Shown here: positions 48,946 through 58,262 of the stretch, piece after piece | How the letters are laid out: the number at the start of each line of letters is the position of its first letter | How positions within the stretch are numbered: position 1 is the stretch's first letter | Virus record (IMG/VR): IMGVR_UViG_3300028048_000081 | Coordinates: 1-64,000 of that record | DNA from: a virus | Taxonomy: Duplodnaviria; Caudoviricetes | Length of the DNA: 64,000 bases | Strand: one strand, 5' to 3' | The notes under the pieces: generated by a model | The model's input: the letters and a program-made list of their open reading frames with translations, nothing else | Told to the model about the DNA's origin: nothing | Database searches by the model: none | Made by a program: the position numbers and the translations under genes

Positions 48946-49134
48946 ATGATGTATAAGAATGATAAAGATTTGGTAGCGGATGAGTGTATTCGTGTAGCAG
49001 ATGATTTGTCTGAGTTATTAGATAAACTCTCAAAGCTTCCTGATGTGTATGATTATCTTGCAGAAGAAGAGATGAATGAATTAGGGGACGCTCATGACAT
49101 ATTATTTGATTTAAATTATTATTTAAAAAATTGA
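48946..49134 (+). CDS. small acidic protein, paralog of 49962..50132
   Basis: AAGGAGG RBS; shared DY...EM..L.D..DIL.D. Confidence 0.7.
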   Translation: MMYKNDKDLVADECIRVADDLSELLDKLSKLPDVYDYLAEEEMNELGDAHDILFDLNYYLKN

Positions 49135-49141
49135 TTTTCTA

Positions 49142-49170
49142 TTGACATCTGATAAAATATATTATATAAT
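49142..49170 (+). promoter_or_regulatory. perfect sigmaA promoter
   Basis: TTGACA-N17-TATAAT. Confidence 0.85.
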
Positions 49171-49216
49171 ATTATTGTAATCAATTATCAAAGGTTCGAT
49201 AGAACAGGAGGATATC

Positions 49217-49624
49217 ATGAGTACAGACAGAATAGTTACACCAAGGAATTATTTAGAAGAATGTGAAGATGCCCGGATAGGTATAAATTCTGCTATAAGA
49301 AGGACATTCAAAGATCTTCCAGGAACACTTAAAGTAATATCTGCTCAACTTGAAGATATGAAAAAGATGGTTGATATTGCCCATGGTGGTGAACTTCTTG
49401 AGAATTATGACATTGAGGATTGGGAGAATTATTCTTGGGCAGATGATCTTACACAGAGCGAAAGATCGAGTGTAAATGAAGCTTTCAATAATCTTTGCTA
49501 CGCAAATGATAACTTCAATGACTATCTTGACCAGGTATCTTCAATATGCAAGGATCTAGAAAACATACTAGAAAATGCACATTATTATGTTTCAGATCTT
49601 GAAGATGGAGTATTTGATAATTAA
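49217..49624 (+). CDS. acidic coiled-coil protein
   Basis: AGGAGG RBS, 135 aa. Confidence 0.75.
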   Translation: MSTDRIVTPRNYLEECEDARIGINSAIRRTFKDLPGTLKVISAQLEDMKKMVDIAHGGELLENYDIEDWENYSWADDLTQSERSSVNEAFNNLCYANDNFNDYLDQVSSICKDLENILENAHYYVSDLEDGVFDN

Positions 49625-49633
49625 GGAGTTGAA

Positions 49634-49945
49634 ATGAAAAGAGTAATAAAATCTTCATACTATTATGATGATGAAGAATACGATAGAGTAGATAGAATGG
49701 GGGATCCTAAGGAGATTGCTATTGCTGCGATTGCATACAATTATGGCATATCTAGAGAAGAAGCAATGAAGGAATACGAAGATATAGATGAAGAGAAATT
49801 AAGATCCTTCATTTCATATTATTTTCTTAGAGATATACCTGTAACTCCAGGAGGGAAAAATAATCATAAAAGTTTCAATAAAGAAGATTTTCAATCTTCT
49901 TCTGATGAGGCAGCACAGGATGTATGTGATGAATTATTTGGGTAA
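49634..49945 (+). CDS. tagged small acidic protein (MKRVIKSS)
   Basis: shared N-terminal motif, RBS. Confidence 0.75.
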   Translation: MKRVIKSSYYYDDEEYDRVDRMGDPKEIAIAAIAYNYGISREEAMKEYEDIDEEKLRSFISYYFLRDIPVTPGGKNNHKSFNKEDFQSSSDEAAQDVCDELFG

Positions 49946-49961
49946 TATTTAGGAGGATATT

Positions 49962-50132
49962 ATGGGAGATAAGGTTGAAGATGTAGCTTTAACATTAGGA
50001 GATCTTTTGACAGAAATGCAAGATGATCCTTCAATTTCTGATTATATTTCAAAAGATGAAATGGATAGATTGTGGGATTCTTATGATATTCTTATGGATG
50101 CATCTAAAATGATGGATCAGGATGAAGAATAG
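49962..50132 (+). CDS. 56-aa acidic protein (not in ORF track)
   Basis: AGGAGG RBS; MGDKVEDVALTLGDLL... Confidence 0.7.
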   Translation: MGDKVEDVALTLGDLLTEMQDDPSISDYISKDEMDRLWDSYDILMDASKMMDQDEE

Positions 50133-50146
50133 AGAAGGAGTACATT

Positions 50147-50563
50147 ATGAAAATAATAAAAGCAAGTAGAACTTTTGATAAATGGTACGATCTATTGTCC
50201 AAAGAAGATCAGACCTGGGTAGATGATCTTGCAGATAGTGAAGGACTTCCGTATTATGATGATTGTTCTGAATCAGATTTAAATTTTCTGATGAGTGCAT
50301 ATCAAAATCATTTTGACAAGTTTGGTGCGGAAGAAGATCCGGATTATCTTAGAATCAAAAAGATATCAGATTTTCTAGATAAAGAATATCCTGATTCTGT
50401 AGAACCTGGAACAGATGGATATTTCCTCAAATGGGGAGATGAGACTGCTGTTCAGGAATATGGATATGATGAAGCACAAAGAATATGCGACGATATACTT
50501 GAGGAAACGGGTATAAATGTAAATATATCTGGAAACGGTGAATTTGTTGTAGCATATTATTGA
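50147..50563 (+). CDS. tagged acidic protein (MKIIKAS); C-domain paralogous to 55631..55891
   Basis: PG..GY..KWG...YG......DI...TGI shared. Confidence 0.75.
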   Translation: MKIIKASRTFDKWYDLLSKEDQTWVDDLADSEGLPYYDDCSESDLNFLMSAYQNHFDKFGAEEDPDYLRIKKISDFLDKEYPDSVEPGTDGYFLKWGDETAVQEYGYDEAQRICDDILEETGINVNISGNGEFVVAYY

Positions 50564-50585
50564 TAAGTTAGAAAGGTGATATATT

Positions 50586-51563
50586 ATGAAAGTTTATATT
50601 CATGCAGCAGAAGATGCTGATAAAAAAAAGTTAGCGAGAACAAGCGAAGATCCAAAAGTTCTTGCAAAATTGTCTGATGATGAGGGTATGGAAGTAAGAC
50701 TTGGAGTTGCAAATAACAAAAATACTCCGCCAGAAATTCTTGCAAAATTAGCCGATGATGAGAATCAGTATGTGAGACATGAAGTTGCAGATAATAAAAA
50801 CACTCCGGTAGAAGTTCTTGCAAGATTAGCTGATGATGAGGATCGGAGTGTGAGATGGTATGTTGCACAGAATCCAAGCACTCCAGCAGAAGCTCTTGCA
50901 AAATTAGCTGATGACGAGGATCCTGATGTGAGAACGATACTTGCATTAAATTCAAACACTCCTCCAGAAGCTCTTACAAGATTAGCTGATGATGAGTATT
51001 TTAAGGTGAGAGAATATGTTGCAGATAATTCAAACACTTCTCCAGAAGTTCTTACAAAATTAGCTGATGACGAGGATCCTGATGTGAGATGGTATGTTGC
51101 AAAAAATAAAAACACTCCAGCAGAAGCTCTTGCAAAATTAGCTGATGATAAGAATAAGAGTGTGAGACGAGAAGTTGCATATAATGAAAACACTCCGGCA
51201 GAAATCAAAGAGAAGTTAACACAAAAATCAAATAGAATAAACTGGAAATCAATTGTTAATCAAATTAAATCTGAAGGCGAAGACGGAAGAGATTCTCTTT
51301 ATGAGCAAACAAACGCCGGAATGTATATTGAAGGTTTACAAAATCAAGTAGAAGATAAATTAGGAGTATGGTTAGAACCCTCAATTGAAGGAGGAATGGG
51401 TGGAATCTGGATCTACTCAAACAAGGATGACTCAACGCTTGCAGAAAATATAGATTATGAAGGATTCAATGAAGATGTTCTTGATGCAGCTTGCAACTCC
51501 AAGAACAAAACAGAATTCTTAAAATGGTATAAATCTTATCTTGAAAGCTTGATCGGAGAGTAG
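50586..51563 (+). CDS. tagged LRV/HEAT-like repeat protein (MKVYIHAA)
   Basis: about 8 24-aa repeats LAKLADDE...VR..VA.N.NTP. Confidence 0.85.
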   Translation: MKVYIHAAEDADKKKLARTSEDPKVLAKLSDDEGMEVRLGVANNKNTPPEILAKLADDENQYVRHEVADNKNTPVEVLARLADDEDRSVRWYVAQNPSTPAEALAKLADDEDPDVRTILALNSNTPPEALTRLADDEYFKVREYVADNSNTSPEVLTKLADDEDPDVRWYVAKNKNTPAEALAKLADDKNKSVRREVAYNENTPAEIKEKLTQKSNRINWKSIVNQIKSEGEDGRDSLYEQTNAGMYIEGLQNQVEDKLGVWLEPSIEGGMGGIWIYSNKDDSTLAENIDYEGFNEDVLDAACNSKNKTEFLKWYKSYLESLIGE

Positions 51564-51578
51564 AAATAGGAGAAACAT

Positions 51579-51917
51579 ATGAAAAAAGTAATCATATCAA
51601 GAAAAACGAATTCTTCATATCTTAATTCGGTATTTGGAAGTTCAATAAGTTCTAGATATAATAAAGTAAGAAGAGTATTTTATGATGTAGCTAAGACCTG
51701 GAAAGATTCTGCCAATATAGATATTGAAGTTGCGGATGACGGTAGAGGTATAACATATCCAAATAAAAATAATTTTCCCTTCACACAACGTGTAGATGTC
51801 AAGATGGTACCAGAATATCATCTGTATAATAATTTACAAGATGAAATACTGGTGACAACAGATTTATCCGAACTTGAATCCACTATCTCTGATGTAGTTT
51901 CTGAAGATATCAAATAA
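51579..51917 (+). CDS. tagged small protein (MKKVIIS)
   Basis: AGGAG RBS. Confidence 0.7.
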   Translation: MKKVIISRKTNSSYLNSVFGSSISSRYNKVRRVFYDVAKTWKDSANIDIEVADDGRGITYPNKNNFPFTQRVDVKMVPEYHLYNNLQDEILVTTDLSELESTISDVVSEDIK

Positions 51918-52006
51918 TGACCAAAATTCCAGAGGTATCATCATACCACACCATATATAAAACCGTGAGAGAACTTAAATCTCACGGTCGTTTACTGTAA
52001 GGGCCA

Positions 52007-52660
52007 TTATTTGAAGGCGTAGACGCGTTGACCACAGTCATATAGTGGTACGTACCCTGAATTTAACATATGTTCTCTAGAAAAATGCTTTTGACGACGA
52101 GACGCGTCAGAAATTCTATCGTTATTTCGTATCCACCATAGTGTTTTCTGATTGTCACGGATATATTTCATTCCGATATATTCATAATCTTTAAAATTTT
52201 CAAATGACATGTTAACATAAGCTACGATATTACTTATTCCAAAGTTAGATGCTTCTTGAGATAATATATCATATCCATGTTTAATATCATATGTTGGTAA
52301 CATCCACATCCGAGATAATTCTGCATCATATTTTTTGTTTCGTGATTTTTTGAAAGTCATGATGCAGTAAATTTCATTATCTTTGATAAGACCTAGTGCT
52401 AAAACATTTCCTTTAGGTGACTTGAAGGGGTGATATTCATCTAACCATCTGTTTGCAACATTAATATCTAATCTGTATGTATTGAGAGTATGTCCGTCAA
52501 CAACATGTATTCGAGGTTCTTGATAAAATATCAAAATATCTTTTTTGGTTTCAAATGTATGTTGTCGTTTTTGTTGAACTTCTTTAAGCATACATACATT
52601 CTTAACACCATATCTTTTCAAACATGTTTGTTGTCTTTTTTCATTAGAGTTAATTTTCAT
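52007..52660 (-). CDS. protein with TCLKRYG repeat and Mom/GNAT-like domain, no nuclease core seen
   Basis: similar to C-half of 53945..55591 (ELSR, YDCG). Confidence 0.65.
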   Translation of the reverse strand: MKINSNEKRQQTCLKRYGVKNVCMLKEVQQKRQHTFETKKDILIFYQEPRIHVVDGHTLNTYRLDINVANRWLDEYHPFKSPKGNVLALGLIKDNEIYCIMTFKKSRNKKYDAELSRMWMLPTYDIKHGYDILSQEASNFGISNIVAYVNMSFENFKDYEYIGMKYIRDNQKTLWWIRNNDRISDASRRQKHFSREHMLNSGYVPLYDCGQRVYAFK

Positions 52661-52751
52661 TAAATAAAAAATCCAGATACTCTTTCAAAGTAGTGTTTCT
52701 AGCTTCATCAAAATATTTATTTTTAGATTCTCGCAGATATTTCCATTCCAT
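52650..52751 (-). CDS. 33-aa upstream ORF
   Basis: GGGGG RBS, MEWKYLRE..., overlaps next ATG. Confidence 0.35.
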   Translation of the reverse strand: MEWKYLRESKNKYFDEARNTTLKEYLDFLFNEN

Positions 52752-52883
52752 CTTAAGTCCCCCTACAATTATATTATAACGAATTTTTATTTGTAAATAA
52801 ATATATAATATAAAAATACTTTTAAAGGTATCAAATCTTATATATCTACATAAAATATAGATTATTTATAAGGAGGTAGAAAA

Positions 52884-52907
52884 ATGTTTAGTCCTTTACA
52901 AATGGGT
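52884..52907 (+). CDS. tail tube protein, exon 1 (MFSPLQMG)
   Basis: AAGGAGG RBS; in-frame TAG two codons into the intron. Confidence 0.7.
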
Positions 52908-53277
52908 AACTAGTGCCCTTCATATTGAGTAATCAGTATGAACTACCGAGTTAATTGCTTTGAATCCCTAAAGCTCTCTTGCTACAGTGAATTCAGAAAT
53001 GAAAAACACGATAGAGCGAAAGCAGAAAAAAGTAGAGAGATGTTACATGGTTAAATCCTAAATAATATTGCAATGGGTGTTTAGCAGCCAAACTTCTAAT
53101 CAGATTGTATGAAGTAGGTCCAACGATCATCTCCTTGAGGGAGAGTAGAACTGCAAGCAGATGGCAGAAGAAAAATTCGGGCCCTAGTTACATAGGGATA
53201 AGATATGATCTCATCTTCAATGAAAGTTGAAGCAGTATAAACGGTACAGACGTTGCGAATCTGTACGAAGATAATGT
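52908..53277 (+). mobile_element. ORF-less group I intron (boundaries +/-1 nt)
   Basis: P1 GGGT/GCCC; AATTGCTTTGAA, TTAGCAGCCAA, CCAACGATCA, AAGATATGATCT elements; td-like ...ATAATG end. Confidence 0.8.
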
Positions 53278-53799
53278 ACCAACCATATGCTTGGGGTAGA
53301 TAATTATGTTCCATTAACAACAAACAACTTTGAGGTTAGAATATACAACATGGATGGGAGTTCCCCATCAGAATTTTCAGAACTTCTTACATTATCGACA
53401 GATGAAGTAGGAGATATTCAAGAAGAACAAGATTCTATTGTTGTACATTATGGTAATGGTCTTATCAAGTTTCCAAGTAAAGTAACATTTGGAGATGTTG
53501 ATTGGACTCTCAACTGCTATTGTGAACCAAATGTCCTTGGAGCACTTAGAGAGTGGAGAAAACAAGTTTATGATCCTGATACAGAGAGAATGGGTCTTCC
53601 GTCAGAATACATGAGACAAGTATTCTTCTTAAGGTATGATGGTCAAGGAAATATCAGAGATGGCGTGAGATGCCCGGGAACTTGGATCGGAGCACTTGAT
53701 AACGGTGCAATGTCTCAGCAAGGCGGAGATGTCGTTAAAGTTAGAGTTCCGTTTGTTATTTCTAGAGCGATTTATATGACACCTGAAGATTTGAGATAA
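53278..53799 (+). CDS. tail tube protein (T4 gp19-like), exon 2
   Basis: NNFEVRI, LREWRKQVYDP.T..MG..SEY...F.RYD..G; 170 aa frame lacks its own RBS. Confidence 0.8.
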   Translation, partial: TNHMLGVDNYVPLTTNNFEVRIYNMDGSSPSEFSELLTLSTDEVGDIQEEQDSIVVHYGNGLIKFPSKVTFGDVDWTLNCYCEPNVLGALREWRKQVYDPDTERMGLPSEYMRQVFFLRYDGQGNIRDGVRCPGTWIGALDNGAMSQQGGDVVKVRVPFVISRAIYMTPEDLR

Positions 53800-53835
53800 G
53801 TTGGAATTCTGGAAAATAATTATATATACATATAT

Positions 53836-53872
53836 AAATAAAGGTCAAATTACGGCCTTTATTTATTTTTTT
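53836..53872 (+). terminator. terminator-like hairpin
   Basis: AAATAAAGGTC...GGCCTTTATTT then Ts. Confidence 0.55.
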
Positions 53873-53944
53873 GTATTTTTAAATGTGCTCCTATCCAGTT
53901 AACCTTTTATATGTACGAATCGTTATCACATATGAGGAGTACAT

Positions 53945-55591
53945 ATGAAGCCTAAAAAATGTAAAGAATGTGGAAAAATATTTTTCCCTAAAAGTGGATC
54001 CCAATTGTATTGCAATGGGCCTCATGAATCTATTTGTGTAATATGTGGCAAGAAATTTCCATATACATGCAGACCGACTGAAAAACCTAAAACTTGTTCA
54101 AAAGAATGTCAAGAGAAGTTACGATCGAGGACAGCATTTGAAAAATATGGAGTTAAAAATGTTTCTGAATTAGATTCTGTTAGAAAGAAGATAAGTGAAA
54201 GAAATAGTTCTAAAGAAGTTGATCTAAAAAGACGAAAAACAAACTTAGCCCATTGGGGAGTAGATAATCCTTCCAAGAATAAAGATATTCGTGAGAAGTT
54301 ATCTGCTGTAATGAAAACTGAAAGGTATTTATCTGGTAGAGAGACCACATGTTTAGAAAAGTATGGTTATCGCAGTCCTATGCAATCAGATGTAGTTAAA
54401 GATAAACAGAGAAAAACATGTTTAGAACGATATGGTATGTCAGGGCATCCCCATACAGCGGAAGATTTTTCTAGAATGATGATAGATAGTTCTAAATGCA
54501 AAGATTATATTATGTTTAGATCGGATCCAAAGAAATATATTGAAGATCATTATTCTACGCCCCCATCCATATATGAACTTAAACGGGACTTAGGAGTTAC
54601 AGATACACCAGTATATGATATATTAATTGCAAAGAATTGTAGGGATTTATTGCTTAGCAGTTATAGCTATATGGAGAAAGATGTATCAGATTTCATAGTA
54701 TCGTTAGATCCAAACATTGATATAGTTAGACATGATAGAAAAATTATCCAACCTCAAGAATTAGATATATATTTACCAGAATATAAATTAGGTATTGAGT
54801 GTAATCCAACCGCTACTCATAATTCATCATTTAAAGATCCATGGGGAGGGGACCCTAAATATTACAAGTATCATCAGAATAAATCCATGAAATCTGGCGA
54901 CGCGGGGGTTTTTCTGTTTCATATATTTGGATATGAATGGGTGAATCGTAGGCATGTAATTGAATCTATGCTTGCAAATCTATTAGGTAAGAACAAATAT
55001 AAGTATGGTGGTAGAGATACATATGTATGCAAAGTATCTCCAGAAGAAAGTAAACAATTTTTAAACGATAATCATCGTCAGGGTAGTACAGTATCTAAGG
55101 TTCAAATTGGTCTAAGATTAAAATCTAACGATAAATTAGTATCCATAATGACGTTTGGTCATACACGTAATACTATAGGAAAAACGGATGATTCTACAGA
55201 AAATACCTGGGAACTTTCTAGATTCTGCAATAAACTGTATACTACAGTAAATGGGGGTGCAAGCAAGCTGTTCAAATATTTTATTGAAAATTATTCATTT
55301 GATAAGATTATTTCATTTTCAGATATAGCTCATACTAAAGGTACGCTATATGAAAAATTGAATTTTCATCAGATTTCTATATCTGCTCCAAGTTATGTTT
55401 GGTGTGATGGATATGATAACATATACTATAATAGAGTTTCTTGCCAGAAATCAAATCTTAAGAAATTATTGAAAGATGATAGCATTGATATTGAAAATCA
55501 ATCCGAAGCAAAGATAATGGAAGCACATAAATTTGCTCGAGTATATGATTGTGGAGTAATCAGATGGGAATATAATTATCATGAACCTTAA
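53945..55591 (+). CDS. free-standing Hef-like endonuclease: Zn fingers, TCLEKYG repeats, PD-(D/E)xK core, Mom/GNAT-like C-domain
   Basis: ELDIYLPEYKLGIECN; WELSRFC...GGASKLF...SFSD...GTLYEKLNF...YDCG. Confidence 0.7.
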   Translation: MKPKKCKECGKIFFPKSGSQLYCNGPHESICVICGKKFPYTCRPTEKPKTCSKECQEKLRSRTAFEKYGVKNVSELDSVRKKISERNSSKEVDLKRRKTNLAHWGVDNPSKNKDIREKLSAVMKTERYLSGRETTCLEKYGYRSPMQSDVVKDKQRKTCLERYGMSGHPHTAEDFSRMMIDSSKCKDYIMFRSDPKKYIEDHYSTPPSIYELKRDLGVTDTPVYDILIAKNCRDLLLSSYSYMEKDVSDFIVSLDPNIDIVRHDRKIIQPQELDIYLPEYKLGIECNPTATHNSSFKDPWGGDPKYYKYHQNKSMKSGDAGVFLFHIFGYEWVNRRHVIESMLANLLGKNKYKYGGRDTYVCKVSPEESKQFLNDNHRQGSTVSKVQIGLRLKSNDKLVSIMTFGHTRNTIGKTDDSTENTWELSRFCNKLYTTVNGGASKLFKYFIENYSFDKIISFSDIAHTKGTLYEKLNFHQISISAPSYVWCDGYDNIYYNRVSCQKSNLKKLLKDDSIDIENQSEAKIMEAHKFARVYDCGVIRWEYNYHEP

Positions 55592-55630
55592 ATATATATG
55601 AAACATTATTCTATATAGGAAGGTATAAGT

Positions 55631-55891
55631 ATGAAACGAGTTATTACATCCGGAACAAGAAGTCCACGTAAAGAAAATATAAGGAAGATATGTGATTACA
55701 TGGATTGGAATCTTCCTACATTTTCTGATCCTGGATCATACGGGTATTCATGTAAATGGGGCGGTAGAACTTTAGTTGATAAGTATGGTATAGAACAGGT
55801 TGAAGAGTGGATACAAGATATAAAAGACGGAACTGGAATAGAATGTAAATTAACTCGTTCCGGAAAATTAATTGTTCCTTACGCAGAATAG
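55631..55891 (+). CDS. tagged small protein (MKRVITSG)
   Basis: shared motif; paralog of 50147 C-domain. Confidence 0.75.
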   Translation: MKRVITSGTRSPRKENIRKICDYMDWNLPTFSDPGSYGYSCKWGGRTLVDKYGIEQVEEWIQDIKDGTGIECKLTRSGKLIVPYAE

Positions 55892-55933
55892 ATATACACA
55901 TCTTGAAAATTTTATTGGATAGAGGTTCAAACA

Positions 55934-56338
55934 ATGTATAGATACATAAGATCATCCGAAATAACAAATTCTAGAATAAGAAAATGTAAGAAATTAGTTC
56001 GTGATTATATATGGCAGTGTTTTTCTCAAGGTGGGGAATATTTCAATGATCCAGAAATGTTATCTAATATTGAATATATGAAATGGTATGATTCTGACGA
56101 AGATATTAGTTGGGCAGAATATGTATACAAACATAGACATGATATATTTGATAAGTATATTTTAGATAAAATAGAAAATGATCCTGAAATAAAAACAGAA
56201 GAAGAGCAAAACTGTATGATTGATTATTTTAATAATTTACAGCCGTCAGATTATAATCGGATACTATATCTTAAAAGAGATTCTACTAAAGATGGTATAT
56301 CTAATAGAATTCGTAGAATAAGGGAATATGATAAGTAG
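55934..56338 (+). CDS. tagged protein (MYRYIRSS)
   Basis: shared motif, GAGG RBS. Confidence 0.75.
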   Translation: MYRYIRSSEITNSRIRKCKKLVRDYIWQCFSQGGEYFNDPEMLSNIEYMKWYDSDEDISWAEYVYKHRHDIFDKYILDKIENDPEIKTEEEQNCMIDYFNNLQPSDYNRILYLKRDSTKDGISNRIRRIREYDK

Positions 56339-56361
56339 ACATTCAACATAGTATTTTCATC

Positions 56362-56395
56362 AAAGAGATCTTCTAATCAGGAAGGTCTCTTTTAT
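56362..56395 (+). terminator. terminator-like hairpin
   Basis: AAAGAGATCTTCT...GGAAGGTCTCTTT. Confidence 0.6.
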
Positions 56396-56479
56396 TATAC
56401 TGATTCGTTATTTATTATGTAGAACCTTGTATAAATTTAGAAGAAATATTTAAGTTAAAATAGAAAGAAGGACGTAGAG

Positions 56480-56893
56480 ATGAAGTTATATGTTCGTTCA
56501 GCTTTTGATGACAACATGAATTTTGTTGCAGTAATAGATTCAAAAGGCTATGAAGATTATTCAAGTATAATACCGATATTGAATGCTGAAATTGACAGAT
56601 ACAATAGCATATTTGATAGAGTTGAATCTTTACCTCCAGAAGAGTATGAACAGATTGAAAACAATAATGAGGATTATAAGAAGTTTGTAGATACCTTTCA
56701 AAAATATTATGAATATATAGATAGGATGGAAGAAGCATTAGATTCTGATGAATTCATAGTAGATGAAAACAATAATCATAATGTAGATAACAGTATAACT
56801 GTTAGAAATCGTATATTTACATATGAAGATTTAATTGACATACTTTCTGAACTGAAAGAATGTCGTATCAATTTTGAAGATGAGGTGAAATAA
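56480..56893 (+). CDS. tagged acidic protein (MKLYVRSA)
   Basis: shared motif, downstream of AACCTT. Confidence 0.75.
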   Translation: MKLYVRSAFDDNMNFVAVIDSKGYEDYSSIIPILNAEIDRYNSIFDRVESLPPEEYEQIENNNEDYKKFVDTFQKYYEYIDRMEEALDSDEFIVDENNNHNVDNSITVRNRIFTYEDLIDILSELKECRINFEDEVK

Positions 56894-56894
56894 A

Positions 56895-57080
56895 ATGACA
56901 GTAGGAGAATTAAAAGAAATTGTAAATTCTATTCCGTCAGAAGATGATGACAAGAGAGTATTTGAATTTCGCGGTAATCGGTATTATGATTTTGATCTTT
57001 ACGGGTTAGATGAATGTGAAGTACAGGCTGAGTATTACGTTTATCAAGGATACTGCGTAGATATGGACCCAGGATATTGA
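56895..57080 (+). CDS. small acidic protein (MTVGELKE type)
   Basis: GAGGTG RBS. Confidence 0.7.
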   Translation: MTVGELKEIVNSIPSEDDDKRVFEFRGNRYYDFDLYGLDECEVQAEYYVYQGYCVDMDPGY

Positions 57081-57094
57081 TAAGGAGGTTTATG

Positions 57095-57727
57095 ATGAAA
57101 AGAGTTATTACAAGTACTGTTCAAAGTATGGATACAAAGGATTTTCAATCTTATTTTGAAAACAAATATGGATTTGAATTAGATTTTGCAAGAAGAACAG
57201 TAGAGGGTTTGAATGAAAAATACAGTGGGGAAATAATTTGTATTCCTACAGGTATTGGGCAGGCGATGCCATCCTCATATTCTAACTATGATTGTCTTCG
57301 TAATATGTTAGGAGAATCGAAAGATTATGAATTGACAGAAGATGATGTATTAGAAGTAATGAAGACGATAAAACAGGATTTTCAAAATGATCATCCGATG
57401 TCCTCTACAAGTGTTAGGTTCCGTGGAAATCTTCGTCAGATTCATATTAGAATATCGTCATCTTATGAATTAACAGATATTAATGATATTACTAAAGCAT
57501 GTGTTAAGGGGACAAATAAGATAGTAAAAAGTACTGAAACTAAATGTAATAAAGTAATGGATACATTGGATGAATTGCTTGATTATTCTGAAGGAAATGT
57601 AAAATTAACATCTGAAGGATATAATGAAATATCTGAAAATTTGGATAGCCTTATAAATTATATAGATGTTAACTTAATTGATAGAATAAATAAATATAAG
57701 AGCAATTTAAAAAACCGAGTTGAATGA
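57095..57727 (+). CDS. tagged protein (MKRVITST)
   Basis: AAGGAGG RBS; start 57092 or 57095. Confidence 0.75.
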   Translation: MKRVITSTVQSMDTKDFQSYFENKYGFELDFARRTVEGLNEKYSGEIICIPTGIGQAMPSSYSNYDCLRNMLGESKDYELTEDDVLEVMKTIKQDFQNDHPMSSTSVRFRGNLRQIHIRISSSYELTDINDITKACVKGTNKIVKSTETKCNKVMDTLDELLDYSEGNVKLTSEGYNEISENLDSLINYIDVNLIDRINKYKSNLKNRVE

Positions 57728-57764
57728 GTACATACTGTTTTAGCTCTAGGGGAGAGATATTAAT

Positions 57765-58019
57765 ATGTATAGATATATAAGATCAGATTCTGAAGGGGAA
57801 ATTATCAGCTGGGATTCATTATCCGGATCAGATCAACTTGCTGCAGAAAGAGCATCTGAATACATGAGTGAAGGAATGAGTATCGAGGATGCAGTCCGTA
57901 AAGGATGTATGGATATTTCTGAAGGCAATTCAGAACCTGAATATGAAAATGAAGATTTCTATTTAGAGGAACCAGATTACAATAAAGTATTGAAATACAT
58001 GAAGGGTAACGAAAGGTAG
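57765..58019 (+). CDS. tagged acidic protein (MYRYIRSD)
   Basis: shared motif. Confidence 0.75.
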   Translation: MYRYIRSDSEGEIISWDSLSGSDQLAAERASEYMSEGMSIEDAVRKGCMDISEGNSEPEYENEDFYLEEPDYNKVLKYMKGNER

Positions 58020-58023
58020 CAGT

Positions 58024-58248
58024 ATGAAAAAATACATAAAATCTTCAGAAGAATGGGAAGAATGGGACGGAGTATTCACTCCGGAATTCATAATGGAATA
58101 TTCTGATATAGAAGATGAAGATGAAGCACAAAGACTTTCTGATTATCTGTATGAACATGAATATGATTCAGGATTTTCAACACCTGAAGAATTTCTTGAA
58201 ACATTTGATTTAGATGAATTATACGATGATATGATTAATGAACAATAG
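58024..58248 (+). CDS. tagged, extremely acidic protein (MKKYIKSS)
   Basis: shared motif; very D/E rich. Confidence 0.75.
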   Translation: MKKYIKSSEEWEEWDGVFTPEFIMEYSDIEDEDEAQRLSDYLYEHEYDSGFSTPEEFLETFDLDELYDDMINEQ

Positions 58249-58262
58249 ATGAGGAGAATAAA

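Noticed and set aside
50584-51208. Minus-strand ORFs over the LRV repeats
   Set aside because: Shadow frames caused by the repeat periodicity
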